From Myxococcota bacterium (GTDB taxonomy: Bacteria > Myxococcota_A > SURF-8), in contig CAXXQS010000002.1 of the NCBI GenBank assembly GCA_963674735.2, forward strand, positions 2,016,001-2,080,000: a stretch of DNA of 64,000 bases, given 5' to 3'. Both the position numbers and the translations under genes were made by a program. This document shows positions 19,096-28,534 of the stretch, in pieces. The notes below the pieces were generated by a model. It had not been told where the DNA came from. It made no database searches and saw only the letters and a program-made list of their open reading frames with translations. Position 1 is the first letter of the stretch; each line of letters starts with the position of its first letter.

Positions 19096-20554
19096 GGTCG
19101 GTCCATTTCGGCGCGGCCTCGTAGGGTCCGCGGATCGGGAGATGCTGGATCAGATGGCGCATCTTGCCGGATTGGGTTTTCGGGATGTGCTCGACATATT
19201 CCACCGTGATACGGAGCTGGCCGCGGGCGTTGCGGGTGAATTCGTCGAGCAACTCGCGTTCGTCGTCGTCGCCGTAACCCGGTCCTTTCACTACGCGGAA
19301 GACGATCTCGCCCGCCCGCTTCTGCTCGAATTGCATGGCCTGCATGCGGGCGTAGGCGTGCATGTGGCGGCCGAAGGAGAAAGCCGTCAAGGGGAGATAG
19401 CCGCCGTCGGCTTTTACCAGCACGTCCTGCCCGCGTCCCAGAACCGGTCCGAGCACGGGAAAGTCGAAGCCGAAGCCGTCGTCGCGTGCGGCGGTATAGT
19501 GGACGAAGTCGTCGGTGCGATAGCGGATCAGCGGAAATGCGTAGGCGTGGAATGAGGTTCCCACGATTTCAGCGACCGCGCCCTCGCGGGTAACGGGCTG
19601 TCCGTCCGAATCGAGTCGCTCCAGAAGCCCGTATTCGGGCGGGATATGGTAGGTGTGGGTGTGCGGACCTTCGGGAGCGTAGGCCACCGTTTCGGCCTGG
19701 CCGTAATGGCTGAAGACGCGGCAGTGGAAGGTTTCTTCCAGATACGTCCGCTGATGCGGGTATACCGGTTCCGAGCCGAGCAGAATGGCGCTGAGGCGTA
19801 CCGGCAGCTCCAGGTTGTGATCGTTGAGCACCTGGGCCAGCAGCAGCGCCGAAGTGGCGTAAGCGTGAATGAAGCGCGGGCGAAAGCGTCGGATGGCGCG
19901 CAATGCGCCCGTCATCTCTTGCTTACCGATGGCGTAAGGGCTCAAAAGCATCACGCGGCCCGTTGCGTCCACCTCCCAGGTCTGTCCGCGATCCAGCCGT
20001 TTGTCGCTTACCACGTTGCCGCGGACCTGCAAGATGCGGTCGCCCGGTTTGTATCCGACCCAGCTCCACGAGCGCAGGCCGAAGGCATTCTCGATATCCC
20101 AGAACCGGTCTTCTTTCAGCAGCGCCAGAGGTTCGCCGGTGGACCCACCGCTGGTGAGTTCGGACACCCCGGATTTGAAAGGCAGCGTTTCGGCTTGGAG
20201 ATCGGCGAAATGGTTGCGGACGTCCTGTTTGCTCAGCGTCGGGATTTTTTCGATATAGTCGAGGTCGTGGCAGTCGCCGGCACGCAGCCCGTGCTCGGCA
20301 AAAAGGCGGCGATAGTAGGGAACCTGGGTTTCGACGTGGGCCAGGAGCGCCTGCAGGCGTTCAAGCTGGTATTCCTGGTGGCGTTCGAAGGGCCAGTGTT
20401 GGCTTTTCTGTAGAAAATCCCACCAGTTACGAAAGAACGGCGAATAAAGATAACGCCCTGGAATCCAGGGATAGATCAGCCGTTCGCGGCTGCGGCGCAA
20501 AAGCGTTCCCAGCCCGGGCGTTCGACCGATGGTGTGTTTGAGTCGCGTCAACAT
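19088..20554 (-). CDS. Phenylacetate-CoA ligase-like adenylate-forming enzyme (PaaK/CapK family)
   Basis: VPYYR, SGGSTGEP, HYGQAE, PLIRYRTDD, IPKTQSGK. Confidence 0.88.
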   Translation of the reverse strand: MLTRLKHTIGRTPGLGTLLRRSRERLIYPWIPGRYLYSPFFRNWWDFLQKSQHWPFERHQEYQLERLQALLAHVETQVPYYRRLFAEHGLRAGDCHDLDYIEKIPTLSKQDVRNHFADLQAETLPFKSGVSELTSGGSTGEPLALLKEDRFWDIENAFGLRSWSWVGYKPGDRILQVRGNVVSDKRLDRGQTWEVDATGRVMLLSPYAIGKQEMTGALRAIRRFRPRFIHAYATSALLLAQVLNDHNLELPVRLSAILLGSEPVYPHQRTYLEETFHCRVFSHYGQAETVAYAPEGPHTHTYHIPPEYGLLERLDSDGQPVTREGAVAEIVGTSFHAYAFPLIRYRTDDFVHYTAARDDGFGFDFPVLGPVLGRGQDVLVKADGGYLPLTAFSFGRHMHAYARMQAMQFEQKRAGEIVFRVVKGPGYGDDDERELLDEFTRNARGQLRITVEYVEHIPKTQSGKMRHLIQHLPIRGPYEAAPKWTDRG

Positions 20555-20826
20555 GCCTGTTCCTTTTGGTGATCGGCGTCGGCTTCGGTGGCGCTCTGTT
20601 TTATACGGCGCAATCCGGTTGATCATCAATGGGGCCATGCTAGCACAAATCGGCGTGGTGCATCAAAGTCGATTTGCGCTTGATGCGCGTTTTGCGCGAT
20701 TTTATGTCGGAGCCAAAACTATTTTCATTCCGCACCGTTGCGTTAGGCAACTAACGGAATCCGGGCCTTGTCGACGACGAAACGGCTTGTTTCGGCGGCT
20801 CGATCCGATAAATGGGCGTCGAAACA

Positions 20827-20855
20827 TTGGCAGACGGCGCGCGGTCGCCTATAAT
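20827..20855 (+). promoter_or_regulatory. sigma70-type promoter of the rightward glycan operon
   Basis: TTGGCA-17bp-TATAAT. Confidence 0.65.
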
Positions 20856-20904
20856 GCCCCATCAGCGATTGTGACAAACCGGCCTAAGTGTCGAGGAGCA
20901 GGGG

Positions 20905-23064
20905 ATGAAGCAGGTATTTATCACGAACAATAACCGTGTGGTGGTCGAAAACGTCCCCGCCCCCGCTTGTCCGGCGAAGGGACTGCTGGTGGAGACACGT
21001 TACAGCCTCATCAGTACCGGCACCGAAGTGGGCGTACTGAAGTCGGCCGCCAAGGCGACATTGATCGACAATCTTCAAGCCCGTTCGAAGCTGGTGATGA
21101 AGGGTGTGCGCAAGTTGGCGCGCGACGGCGTTCGCCGCACATGGCGGGCGGTGGAAGCTCAGGATGCCGTGGCCGATACGCCGGGTTACTCGCTGGCGGG
21201 GCGCGTGCTGGAAGTGGGCGTGGACGTGACGGAATTCGCGGCGGGTGACTGGGTGGCCTGCGCCGGAACCGGCCATGCTTCTCATGCCGAGGTGGTGGCC
21301 GTTCCCGTCAATTTGGCGGTGCGTATTCCCGAGCGTGTTGCGCCCGACCAGGCGGCGTTTGCCACGGTGGGAGCCATTGCCATGCAAGGCGTGCGGCGGG
21401 CGGAGATTCGTCTGGGGGAAACGGTCGTGGTGATCGGCTTAGGCCTCATCGGACTGATGGCGGTACAACTGGCACGTGCCTCCGGGGCGCGGGTGCTGGG
21501 CATCGAACCGTCTGCGCCGCGCCGTGACCTGGCGGAAAAACTGGGCGCGGAGGCCGTCTTTGCGCCGGGGGAGACCGCCGAACGCGACGTAGCGGCCTTT
21601 ACGGGTGGTTTCGGGGCCGATGCGGTGCTGTTGTGCGCCGCCTCCGCCGGATCGGAGCCCGCCAATGCGGCCTTGCGTATGACCCGCCAACGCGGCAAGG
21701 TGGTGTTTGTGGGCGGGGTGGGCCTGGATCTCGACCGCGAACCCTTTTACAAAAAAGATCTCGATTTGCACATCGGCAGTTCCTACGGTCCGGGGCGCTA
21801 TGATCCGGCCTTCGAGGAACGCGGGATCGATTATCCATACGGATACGTGCGCTGGACCGAACGGCGCAACCTGTCGGCCGTTCTCGACCTGATCCGCGAC
21901 GGCCGCCTGGAGGTGGGACCGCTGACTTCCGAATGCGTGCCGGTCCTGCGTGCCGCCGACGCCTTCGAAACGCTGGCCAAGGGCGACCCGGCCACCGTGG
22001 GGGTTCTGCTCGATTACGGCGACACGGGTGTGGAAACCGAGCGCAAGCTTTCACGCAGCCAGACCGCCTCCGCCGGACGTATCCATTTCGTGCGCGGACC
22101 GCGTGTCGGTGTGGCGCTGGTGGGCGCGGGCGGTTTCGGACGGTCGGTGTATCTGCCGATCGTGGATGATCTGCCCGGTGCGCAGTTACGGGCGATCGTT
22201 ACCGGTCATGGCCACAACGCGCAAACGCTGGCCAAATTGTATCACGCCGACATCGCCGCCTCCGATATCGAGGTTGTCTTGAAAGACGACCGCATCGATG
22301 CCGTTTTGATCGCGACGCGCAACCACCAGCATGAAAACATGGCGATTCGCGCCCTCGAAGCGGGCAAGCATGTCCTGGTCGAGAAACCCATGGCGGTGAC
22401 GCGGGCCGGTGTGGATGCCGTTTTGGCGGCCGCGGAGGCGGCCGAAGGCGTGTTCAGCGTCGGCCACAACCGGCGCTATGCCCAAACCGGTGAGGCGCTC
22501 AAACAAGCGCTTGCGGGTCGGGTGGGACCGCTGGCGGCGGTGTATCGCATCAATGCCGGATCGTCTCCGCCGGATCACTGGATGCATGTTCCCGGCGAGG
22601 GCGGCGGGCGGATCGTCAGCGAAGTCTGCCATTTCTTCGACTTCCTGCGCTTTCTGGTCGGCGGACCCGCCATCGCCATTCAAGCGGCCGGTTTCCCGGT
22701 GGATGGTCGACGGGTGCGGCGGCGCGAAGACGTGGCCGCCACGTTGCGTTTTGCCGATGGTTCCGTGGGTCAGGTGCTCTATGTGGCGACGGGCCACGAG
22801 GAACTTGAAAAAGAGCGGCTGGAGGTCTTCTGGGATGGCAAGGCGGCGGTGCTGGAGGATTTCAAAAATCTGACCATCCATGGGATGGATATCGAATCCA
22901 TCGTGGGTGAACAAGATAAAGGCTGGCGGGCGCAGCTCGAACGCTTTTTCCGTGCGGTGCGCGGCGAGCCTCACAACCTGGTGACGGCCCGTGAGGCGGC
23001 GGAGGCCGCTTACCTCACCTTTGATGTGCTGGAACAACTGACCGGCCGGGAAACCGGCGACTGA
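20905..23064 (+). CDS. Bi-domain oxidoreductase (Zn-ADH-like + Gfo/Idh/MocA), typical of polysaccharide loci
   Basis: SLISTGTE, GLGLIG, SYGPGRYD..EERGIDYPYGYVRWTE, GAGGFG, VEKP. Confidence 0.9.
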   Translation: MKQVFITNNNRVVVENVPAPACPAKGLLVETRYSLISTGTEVGVLKSAAKATLIDNLQARSKLVMKGVRKLARDGVRRTWRAVEAQDAVADTPGYSLAGRVLEVGVDVTEFAAGDWVACAGTGHASHAEVVAVPVNLAVRIPERVAPDQAAFATVGAIAMQGVRRAEIRLGETVVVIGLGLIGLMAVQLARASGARVLGIEPSAPRRDLAEKLGAEAVFAPGETAERDVAAFTGGFGADAVLLCAASAGSEPANAALRMTRQRGKVVFVGGVGLDLDREPFYKKDLDLHIGSSYGPGRYDPAFEERGIDYPYGYVRWTERRNLSAVLDLIRDGRLEVGPLTSECVPVLRAADAFETLAKGDPATVGVLLDYGDTGVETERKLSRSQTASAGRIHFVRGPRVGVALVGAGGFGRSVYLPIVDDLPGAQLRAIVTGHGHNAQTLAKLYHADIAASDIEVVLKDDRIDAVLIATRNHQHENMAIRALEAGKHVLVEKPMAVTRAGVDAVLAAAEAAEGVFSVGHNRRYAQTGEALKQALAGRVGPLAAVYRINAGSSPPDHWMHVPGEGGGRIVSEVCHFFDFLRFLVGGPAIAIQAAGFPVDGRRVRRREDVAATLRFADGSVGQVLYVATGHEELEKERLEVFWDGKAAVLEDFKNLTIHGMDIESIVGEQDKGWRAQLERFFRAVRGEPHNLVTAREAAEAAYLTFDVLEQLTGRETGD

Positions 23065-23077
23065 AAGACGGCGGACG

Positions 23078-24016
23078 ATGATCGGACGAGCGAAAGAATG
23101 GGTGAAAGCGGTCCTGCCCGACGAGGTGCTGGACGAGCTGAAGGGGCGTCGCGATGCCTGGCGCAAAAAGCGCCGCGAGGCGCAAAAACCGCAGCCGCCG
23201 CTCTCGAAAGAACGATTGGCCGATATTATCCGCCGTGACCTGCGGGTGGGTCTGGGCGACACGGTCTTCGTGCATTCGGCCATGGGCATGATCAACCCCG
23301 CTTTTCATCCGTCCGAGATTCTCGACCTCTTGTTCGAGATCGTCGGACCCGAGGGCACGCTGCTGTTTCCCACCTACCCCAACGCGTCTTCCGAGGCGTT
23401 CTTGCGCTCGGGGCAGGTGTTCAACCAAAACGAGGACGCCTCGTATACGGGCCTGCTCACCGAGTTGGCCCGTCGGCATCCGGGGGCGCGCCGCAGCCTG
23501 CACCCGACCAAATCGGTTTGCGCCATCGGCCCCTTGGCGGAGCGTCTTGTGTCTACGCACCACGAATCGCCTTTTCCCTACAGTTTGGCGAGTCCGTACG
23601 CGAAAATCGTGCCGGAAGACGGCAAGGTGATCGGCCTGGGCGTGTTTACGAAAAACATGTCGTTTGTGCATACGGTGGATGACGCGCTGGGCGAGCGCTT
23701 TCCCGTGCAGCCGTATCTGCGCGAAATGTTCCAGGCGCGCTGCGTCGAGGCCGACGGGCGCGAGCGCATCGTCCCGACTTACTCGCACGATCCCAAAAAG
23801 ATGACGCACGATGTTCCGGCCTATATGAAGGCGCATATTCCCTCTCAGCTCTGCGAGGATCGCGTGATCGACAACCGGCCGTTTTTTAGTGCCGAGGCCG
23901 CTCCGCTTTTCAAACGCATGGTCGAACTGGCCGAGCAAGGCGTCACCATCTATCCCTCATCGGCCTACAAGTGGAGCCATCGCTTCATCGGGCGCGGCTT
24001 GCGGGCCGGGCGCTAG
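23078..24016 (+). CDS. AAC(3)-family (Antibiotic_NAT) N-acyltransferase
   Basis: VFVHS, GTLLFPT, RSLHPTKSVCAIG, GKVIGLGV. Confidence 0.88.
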   Translation: MIGRAKEWVKAVLPDEVLDELKGRRDAWRKKRREAQKPQPPLSKERLADIIRRDLRVGLGDTVFVHSAMGMINPAFHPSEILDLLFEIVGPEGTLLFPTYPNASSEAFLRSGQVFNQNEDASYTGLLTELARRHPGARRSLHPTKSVCAIGPLAERLVSTHHESPFPYSLASPYAKIVPEDGKVIGLGVFTKNMSFVHTVDDALGERFPVQPYLREMFQARCVEADGRERIVPTYSHDPKKMTHDVPAYMKAHIPSQLCEDRVIDNRPFFSAEAAPLFKRMVELAEQGVTIYPSSAYKWSHRFIGRGLRAGR

Positions 24017-24028
24017 GGGAGTGGATTG

Positions 24029-25519
24029 ATGACAGCCGTCCGACACACCCTGGTTTTCGCTGTTTTGCTGGTCGTCATAGTCGGCTTTGGCTATATCGCG
24101 TCGTTGCCGCAAAACCTCAAACTGATCGTTTTGATGGTGGCGGCAGGGCTGGTGGGCTTTGCATGGGTGCGTCCGCGTTGGACGATCTATGCCTGGATGG
24201 CATTGTCCGCCTCTTTGTGGCAGATCTGGCATCAGAACATTTCAGCGCGTCTGAGCATTCATTCCGCAACGGCGCTGATGCTTGGGCTTATGCTGCTGGT
24301 CAAATGGGCCTCCAACCGAAAATGGCCGCGTATCGAAATCTGGGAGTTTATGTGGCCGCTATTCGCTATCGTCTGCATGCTCTCGGCTGCGCGTGAAGTG
24401 GTTCTTATCTCGCAGTCGCCGTTGTTTTTATTCCGCTATCTCTTTTTGCCTTTCGTGTTTTATCTGTTTGGACGCGAATATCTGGCGAATTGGAATGAAT
24501 TTCGTATCCTTGCCTTGATCTCCGTCTGCGTCGGGATCATAATGGCGGGGATCGGATATTACGAATACACTACCGGTCATTACCTCTGGTATACGACGAC
24601 CGAAACCGCCTATGTCAACATGGCTTTCGGACCCTACAACGATCCCGCCCGTTATGGCCTGATGCAGGTGATCGCGTTTTTCATGGCGGCCTTTTTGTTT
24701 CGCAATCTCAAACGCACGGCTCCGGGATTTCGGGGTAAACGGGTGTTTTTGGTGCTGGCCATGGTGCTCACCGCCTATTCCTCGCTGCTGTCCTCCGAAC
24801 GCGCCTTGATGCTGGCGTTTGCGGTGGCGGTGGCCGTGAATCTCTTCTATCTGCAGCGGCGCTTGATTGCGGTCGGAATGGCCGGGGTGGTGATTCTGAT
24901 TATCATGTTCAATTTGGAATTGACCATCGACGAAAGTTTTATCGAGCACAAGATGAACGTCTCGGACGCTTCGGTGAAACGGCGCGTGGCCCAATACATC
25001 AGCGCGCTGCGCATTTTCAAGGAAGAGCCGCTTTTCGGCGTCGGCTATCGTTATTTTTCCAATCCTCGCCGCGTGGACGAATTCGTGTCCAATTTCGGGG
25101 GCGTGTCATCGCGTGGCAAGTTGATCCATAATTCGCTGCTCGATATCCTGGCCTCCAACGGACTGGTGGCTTTTGTTCCCTACCTTATTTTTCTCATTGC
25201 GCTTTTCGTTGTTTTACGCCGGTCGGTGGGATTGACTCGCGATGGACCGTTCCATACGCTGGCGCTGACCGGTTTCGTGATTTTCATTGCTCAGCAGGTG
25301 CTTAATCAGGCTTTCGTGTCGGTTTATTCGGAAGAATTGAACACGGTTACGTTCTTGATCTTCGGTTCGGTCATCGGCAACTACCATCGCGTGCAGGCTG
25401 AAGAGGCGCAAGCGAAGTTTGACGGAGACGTTATGGAGTCCCGGGCCTTGGAAGATTTGGGAGAATCGGCTGTCAATCCTGTGCCGGACCGGTCCGCTCA
25501 AGGGAATGAAGCGGTATGA
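24029..25519 (+). CDS. O-antigen ligase/Wzy-family membrane protein
   Basis: Multi-TM; PLFGVG and HNSLLDILASNGL motifs. Confidence 0.82.
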   Translation: MTAVRHTLVFAVLLVVIVGFGYIASLPQNLKLIVLMVAAGLVGFAWVRPRWTIYAWMALSASLWQIWHQNISARLSIHSATALMLGLMLLVKWASNRKWPRIEIWEFMWPLFAIVCMLSAAREVVLISQSPLFLFRYLFLPFVFYLFGREYLANWNEFRILALISVCVGIIMAGIGYYEYTTGHYLWYTTTETAYVNMAFGPYNDPARYGLMQVIAFFMAAFLFRNLKRTAPGFRGKRVFLVLAMVLTAYSSLLSSERALMLAFAVAVAVNLFYLQRRLIAVGMAGVVILIIMFNLELTIDESFIEHKMNVSDASVKRRVAQYISALRIFKEEPLFGVGYRYFSNPRRVDEFVSNFGGVSSRGKLIHNSLLDILASNGLVAFVPYLIFLIALFVVLRRSVGLTRDGPFHTLALTGFVIFIAQQVLNQAFVSVYSEELNTVTFLIFGSVIGNYHRVQAEEAQAKFDGDVMESRALEDLGESAVNPVPDRSAQGNEAV

Positions 25520-26715
25520 AAGGACTTAAGCGAATCGGAGTGATAGGTGCACTGATGGTCGCCGGTTTCCTTCTAGCGGCGTTCATCGGCGAGGTGTTTT
25601 TACGTCTTGCCGGAATCGATGCGCCCGCCCTTTATCGCTACGATCACGATCTGGGTTACGACCTTCAGCCCGGCGCCGTAGGTGAATTCGATCTGGAAGG
25701 CCACAGCTTCGTTACGATCAATGCCCAGGGGCTGCGCGGTCCCGAGCGCGCCATCCCCAAACCCAACGACGTTTTCCGCGTTCTGGTTGTCGGCGACAGC
25801 TACATCGAAGCGTTTCATGTTCCCTATGCCCAAACCATGAGTGCGCAGTTGGAGACCCTGTTGCGTGAGCGGCTCAATCGCCCGATAGAGGTGGTCGCAA
25901 TGGGGGTGTCGGGTTACGGCAGCACGCAGGAGTGGCTGAAGCTGGTCCGTGACGGTTTCGCTTTTTCACCCGACTTGGTGCTTCTGGCATTTTTGCCGGG
26001 AAACGATGTGGTGGATAACAGCCGTGTTCTCAACGGTCGCCTCGATCGGCCTTATGCGGTGCTGAACGGCGACCGCCTCGAATTGGACCATGCTTTTCGC
26101 GATACCTTCGATGCGCGTTTCAAGAATGCATGGCTGGGGAAAATGCTGTATCGTTTGAAGGGGCATAGCGCGTTGTTGCGGGTGCTGCGCTTCCGGCTGT
26201 CGGTGCTGCGCCAGCAGATCGCCAACCCGCACTTGGTGAAGGCTCCGCCGACGGATATCCACTCGCGTGACGATCTGCCGTTGTCGTCCGAGCTGCGTTT
26301 GTACGATCCCGATCCGGTCCCCGAATGGCGAGATGCCTGGCGGCTCTCGATGCGCCTGATTCGCCAGATTCGTCTGGAGTGCGCCAAGCGTCGGGTGCGT
26401 TTCGGTCTGATGAGTCTCACCAGCGGGCGGCTGGTCGATCCGCCCACCTACCAGGAGTTCAAACAGCGCTATCCCTTCCTCGATCCCGATTTCCCCGAGC
26501 GTCGTTTGGGAGCCTTCGCGGCCAATCATGGCATCGAATATCTGCCTTTGGCCCCTGCGATGCTTGCCCGTGCCCGACAAAGCGGCGAGGTGTTTCACGG
26601 CTTCGGCGAGAACCGGGGGCGCGGCCATTGGAATGCCGTGGGCCATCGTGCGGCGGCGGAGATTCTATCCGATTGGCTGATCGCAGACGAGCTGCTGAAG
26701 CCGGTGCCGCGATAG
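25516..26715 (+). CDS. SGNH/GDSL hydrolase (AlgJ-like acyl esterase/transferase)
   Basis: INAQGLRG, VVGDSY, GVSGYG, GND, GHWNAVGH; one N-terminal TM helix. Confidence 0.85.
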   Translation: MKGLKRIGVIGALMVAGFLLAAFIGEVFLRLAGIDAPALYRYDHDLGYDLQPGAVGEFDLEGHSFVTINAQGLRGPERAIPKPNDVFRVLVVGDSYIEAFHVPYAQTMSAQLETLLRERLNRPIEVVAMGVSGYGSTQEWLKLVRDGFAFSPDLVLLAFLPGNDVVDNSRVLNGRLDRPYAVLNGDRLELDHAFRDTFDARFKNAWLGKMLYRLKGHSALLRVLRFRLSVLRQQIANPHLVKAPPTDIHSRDDLPLSSELRLYDPDPVPEWRDAWRLSMRLIRQIRLECAKRRVRFGLMSLTSGRLVDPPTYQEFKQRYPFLDPDFPERRLGAFAANHGIEYLPLAPAMLARARQSGEVFHGFGENRGRGHWNAVGHRAAAEILSDWLIADELLKPVPR

Positions 26716-26750
26716 TCTCTGCCGGCGGCTTTCGTCGCCGTCGGATTGGT

Positions 26751-26780
26751 TTGCATTTCTTCGGGTTCGCCGCCTATAAT
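26751..26780 (+). promoter_or_regulatory. sigma70-type promoter
   Basis: TTGCAT-18bp-TATAAT upstream of the 26838 lipoprotein. Confidence 0.5.
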
Positions 26781-26837
26781 GCGCAGGTCTTTATGTCGTA
26801 TATCGATTCATTCTAAAAACGATTTCCGGAGGATACC

Positions 26838-28478
26838 ATGCGCTATAATGGGTTGACGGCTTTTCTTTTGCTGTGTTTGCTCGTCTTTTGCGTAGCGGGT
26901 TGTGGGTCGGATGATGATGCGGCGACGGACGGCGACAGCCCCGACGGCGATAGCCCCGACGGCGACGATCCCGACGGCGACGATCCCGACGGCGACAGCC
27001 CCGACGGCGACGACCCCGACGGCGATGACCCCGACGGCGACGATGTGTTCGTTCTGCCCGACGCGTTGCCCTTCAGCTATAGCCGTGAACAGAAAGGCGA
27101 AGCGTTGAGCGAGCAGGAAGTTGCCGATTTCACAAAGAAGATCACGGGTTTCTGGAAAGATGTGGATGTGTTCAACTGGGTGCTGCGCATCAGTTCCGGC
27201 GTGGATGCCTCCACCGGCTATCCCGATTATGCCTTGTGGTGGCACGATGTGAAGCCGGTGAAAAGCGGCGACCTGGTTACCTTCACGCACTCCGATCAGG
27301 GCGGCGGCCACAACATCATGATCCCCTCCATGCGCGTTTTGACCCAGGCTGCGGCGGGTTATCTGCTGACCGGCGATGAAACGATGGGTAAAGTGGTCGA
27401 GCAGTTCGCCAAGGGTCTGACCGCCACGATGAAGGGGATGGTCTACGACGATGACGACCCGCTAGAGTATCTGATGGCGCGTAATATCGTTACCTTCAAT
27501 CATGAATTCACCATCGAGGACGACAAACGCAAAGCGGTGGATTACACGGGGTGGTACAGCAGTTACTCCACCTGGAACACCGGACGTTTTCTCTACACCG
27601 ACAATCCCTATTGGGGTGAGGTCTGGGTGACCAACATGCGTTCCAAAGACGACGTGCCGCACATCTTCCGCGCCACCGCCTGGTTGTGGTATGTCTCGCG
27701 CGATGCCGAGCACGACTGGGTGAAGGCTGCCGTGGATGAAACGCTCACCTACATGGTGGGATTCACCAAGGATATCGTGGATTCCGGTTACTACATCCGT
27801 TCCAAGGACGAAAACGGCGAGGCGTATATCCCCAGCGAAGATCTGGCCAGCTTCGTGACCTTCGAGGTGGTGGATGCCAACGCCGAATGCACCGCTAAAT
27901 TGAATTCGGCTTTGATTGCCTATCACGAGCCGCTGGAGAACGACTGCCTGGACGGCTCGGGTGGAACCTACGAGTCGGTGGCAACCGGTAATCACTACTA
28001 CAATTACGATATCGTTCAGTATTTCCACGTTGCCGCGGCATTGCACAGCCTGATCTTCGGGCAGGATGACATGGCCGAGGCGTTGGTCGAGGGGCTGGCT
28101 TCACGGGCCGATTATTACGGCGATCCCGATTCGGATGCGCCGCATCACGACCACGAAGATTGGAACCGCGATTTGGCGACTTTCCTGCTGGGGAGTGCCA
28201 CGGCGGGCTTGCCGCTTACCAACGAAGAGGCGCGCCTGATTCAGTATCACTATGGTCAGGCGGTGGACGAATTCACCGATTGGCCCTACTGGGATTTGTG
28301 GGACGCCTCGGTTCCGGACGGCACCTACGATTACAATCCACGTGAATCGTCCGAGGCGACGCGGATGGAAAACATTGCGGTTCTGCTGGAATATTGCGCC
28401 TCTCCATTCCGCAATCCGGCTGGTGCTTCGCCGGTGGACTGCGATGTCATTGCCGATATGGGAAGTTGGGGCGAATAA
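26838..28478 (+). CDS. Uncharacterised lipoprotein with DGD tether
   Basis: SD ggagga, lipobox VAGC, 8 DGD repeats, then a ~470-aa domain I do not recognise. Confidence 0.85.
   Translation: MRYNGLTAFLLLCLLVFCVAGCGSDDDAATDGDSPDGDSPDGDDPDGDDPDGDSPDGDDPDGDDPDGDDVFVLPDALPFSYSREQKGEALSEQEVADFTKKITGFWKDVDVFNWVLRISSGVDASTGYPDYALWWHDVKPVKSGDLVTFTHSDQGGGHNIMIPSMRVLTQAAAGYLLTGDETMGKVVEQFAKGLTATMKGMVYDDDDPLEYLMARNIVTFNHEFTIEDDKRKAVDYTGWYSSYSTWNTGRFLYTDNPYWGEVWVTNMRSKDDVPHIFRATAWLWYVSRDAEHDWVKAAVDETLTYMVGFTKDIVDSGYYIRSKDENGEAYIPSEDLASFVTFEVVDANAECTAKLNSALIAYHEPLENDCLDGSGGTYESVATGNHYYNYDIVQYFHVAAALHSLIFGQDDMAEALVEGLASRADYYGDPDSDAPHHDHEDWNRDLATFLLGSATAGLPLTNEEARLIQYHYGQAVDEFTDWPYWDLWDASVPDGTYDYNPRESSEATRMENIAVLLEYCASPFRNPAGASPVDCDVIADMGSWGE
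26928..27044 (+). repeat. 15-bp coding tandem repeat (DGD[D/S]P)x8
   Basis: gacggcgacagcccc / gacggcgacgatccc units. Confidence 0.92.
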
Positions 28479-28506
28479 AGCCGCTTAATAAAATCGAATA
28501 GGTTAG

Positions 28507-28534
28507 ACGGGACGGCTGCGGTCGTCCCGTTTTT
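28507..28534 (+). terminator. Rho-independent terminator
   Basis: acgggacggc-tgcg-gtcgtcccgt followed by tttt. Confidence 0.75.

Noticed and set aside
17620-19209. 529-aa plus-strand ORF
   Set aside because: Antisense shadow of the wzx gene caused by GC-rich codon usage.
23078-24016. Aminoglycoside resistance gene
   Set aside because: AAC(3) fold only. It is embedded in a polysaccharide operon with no mobile context, so a biosynthetic role is more likely.
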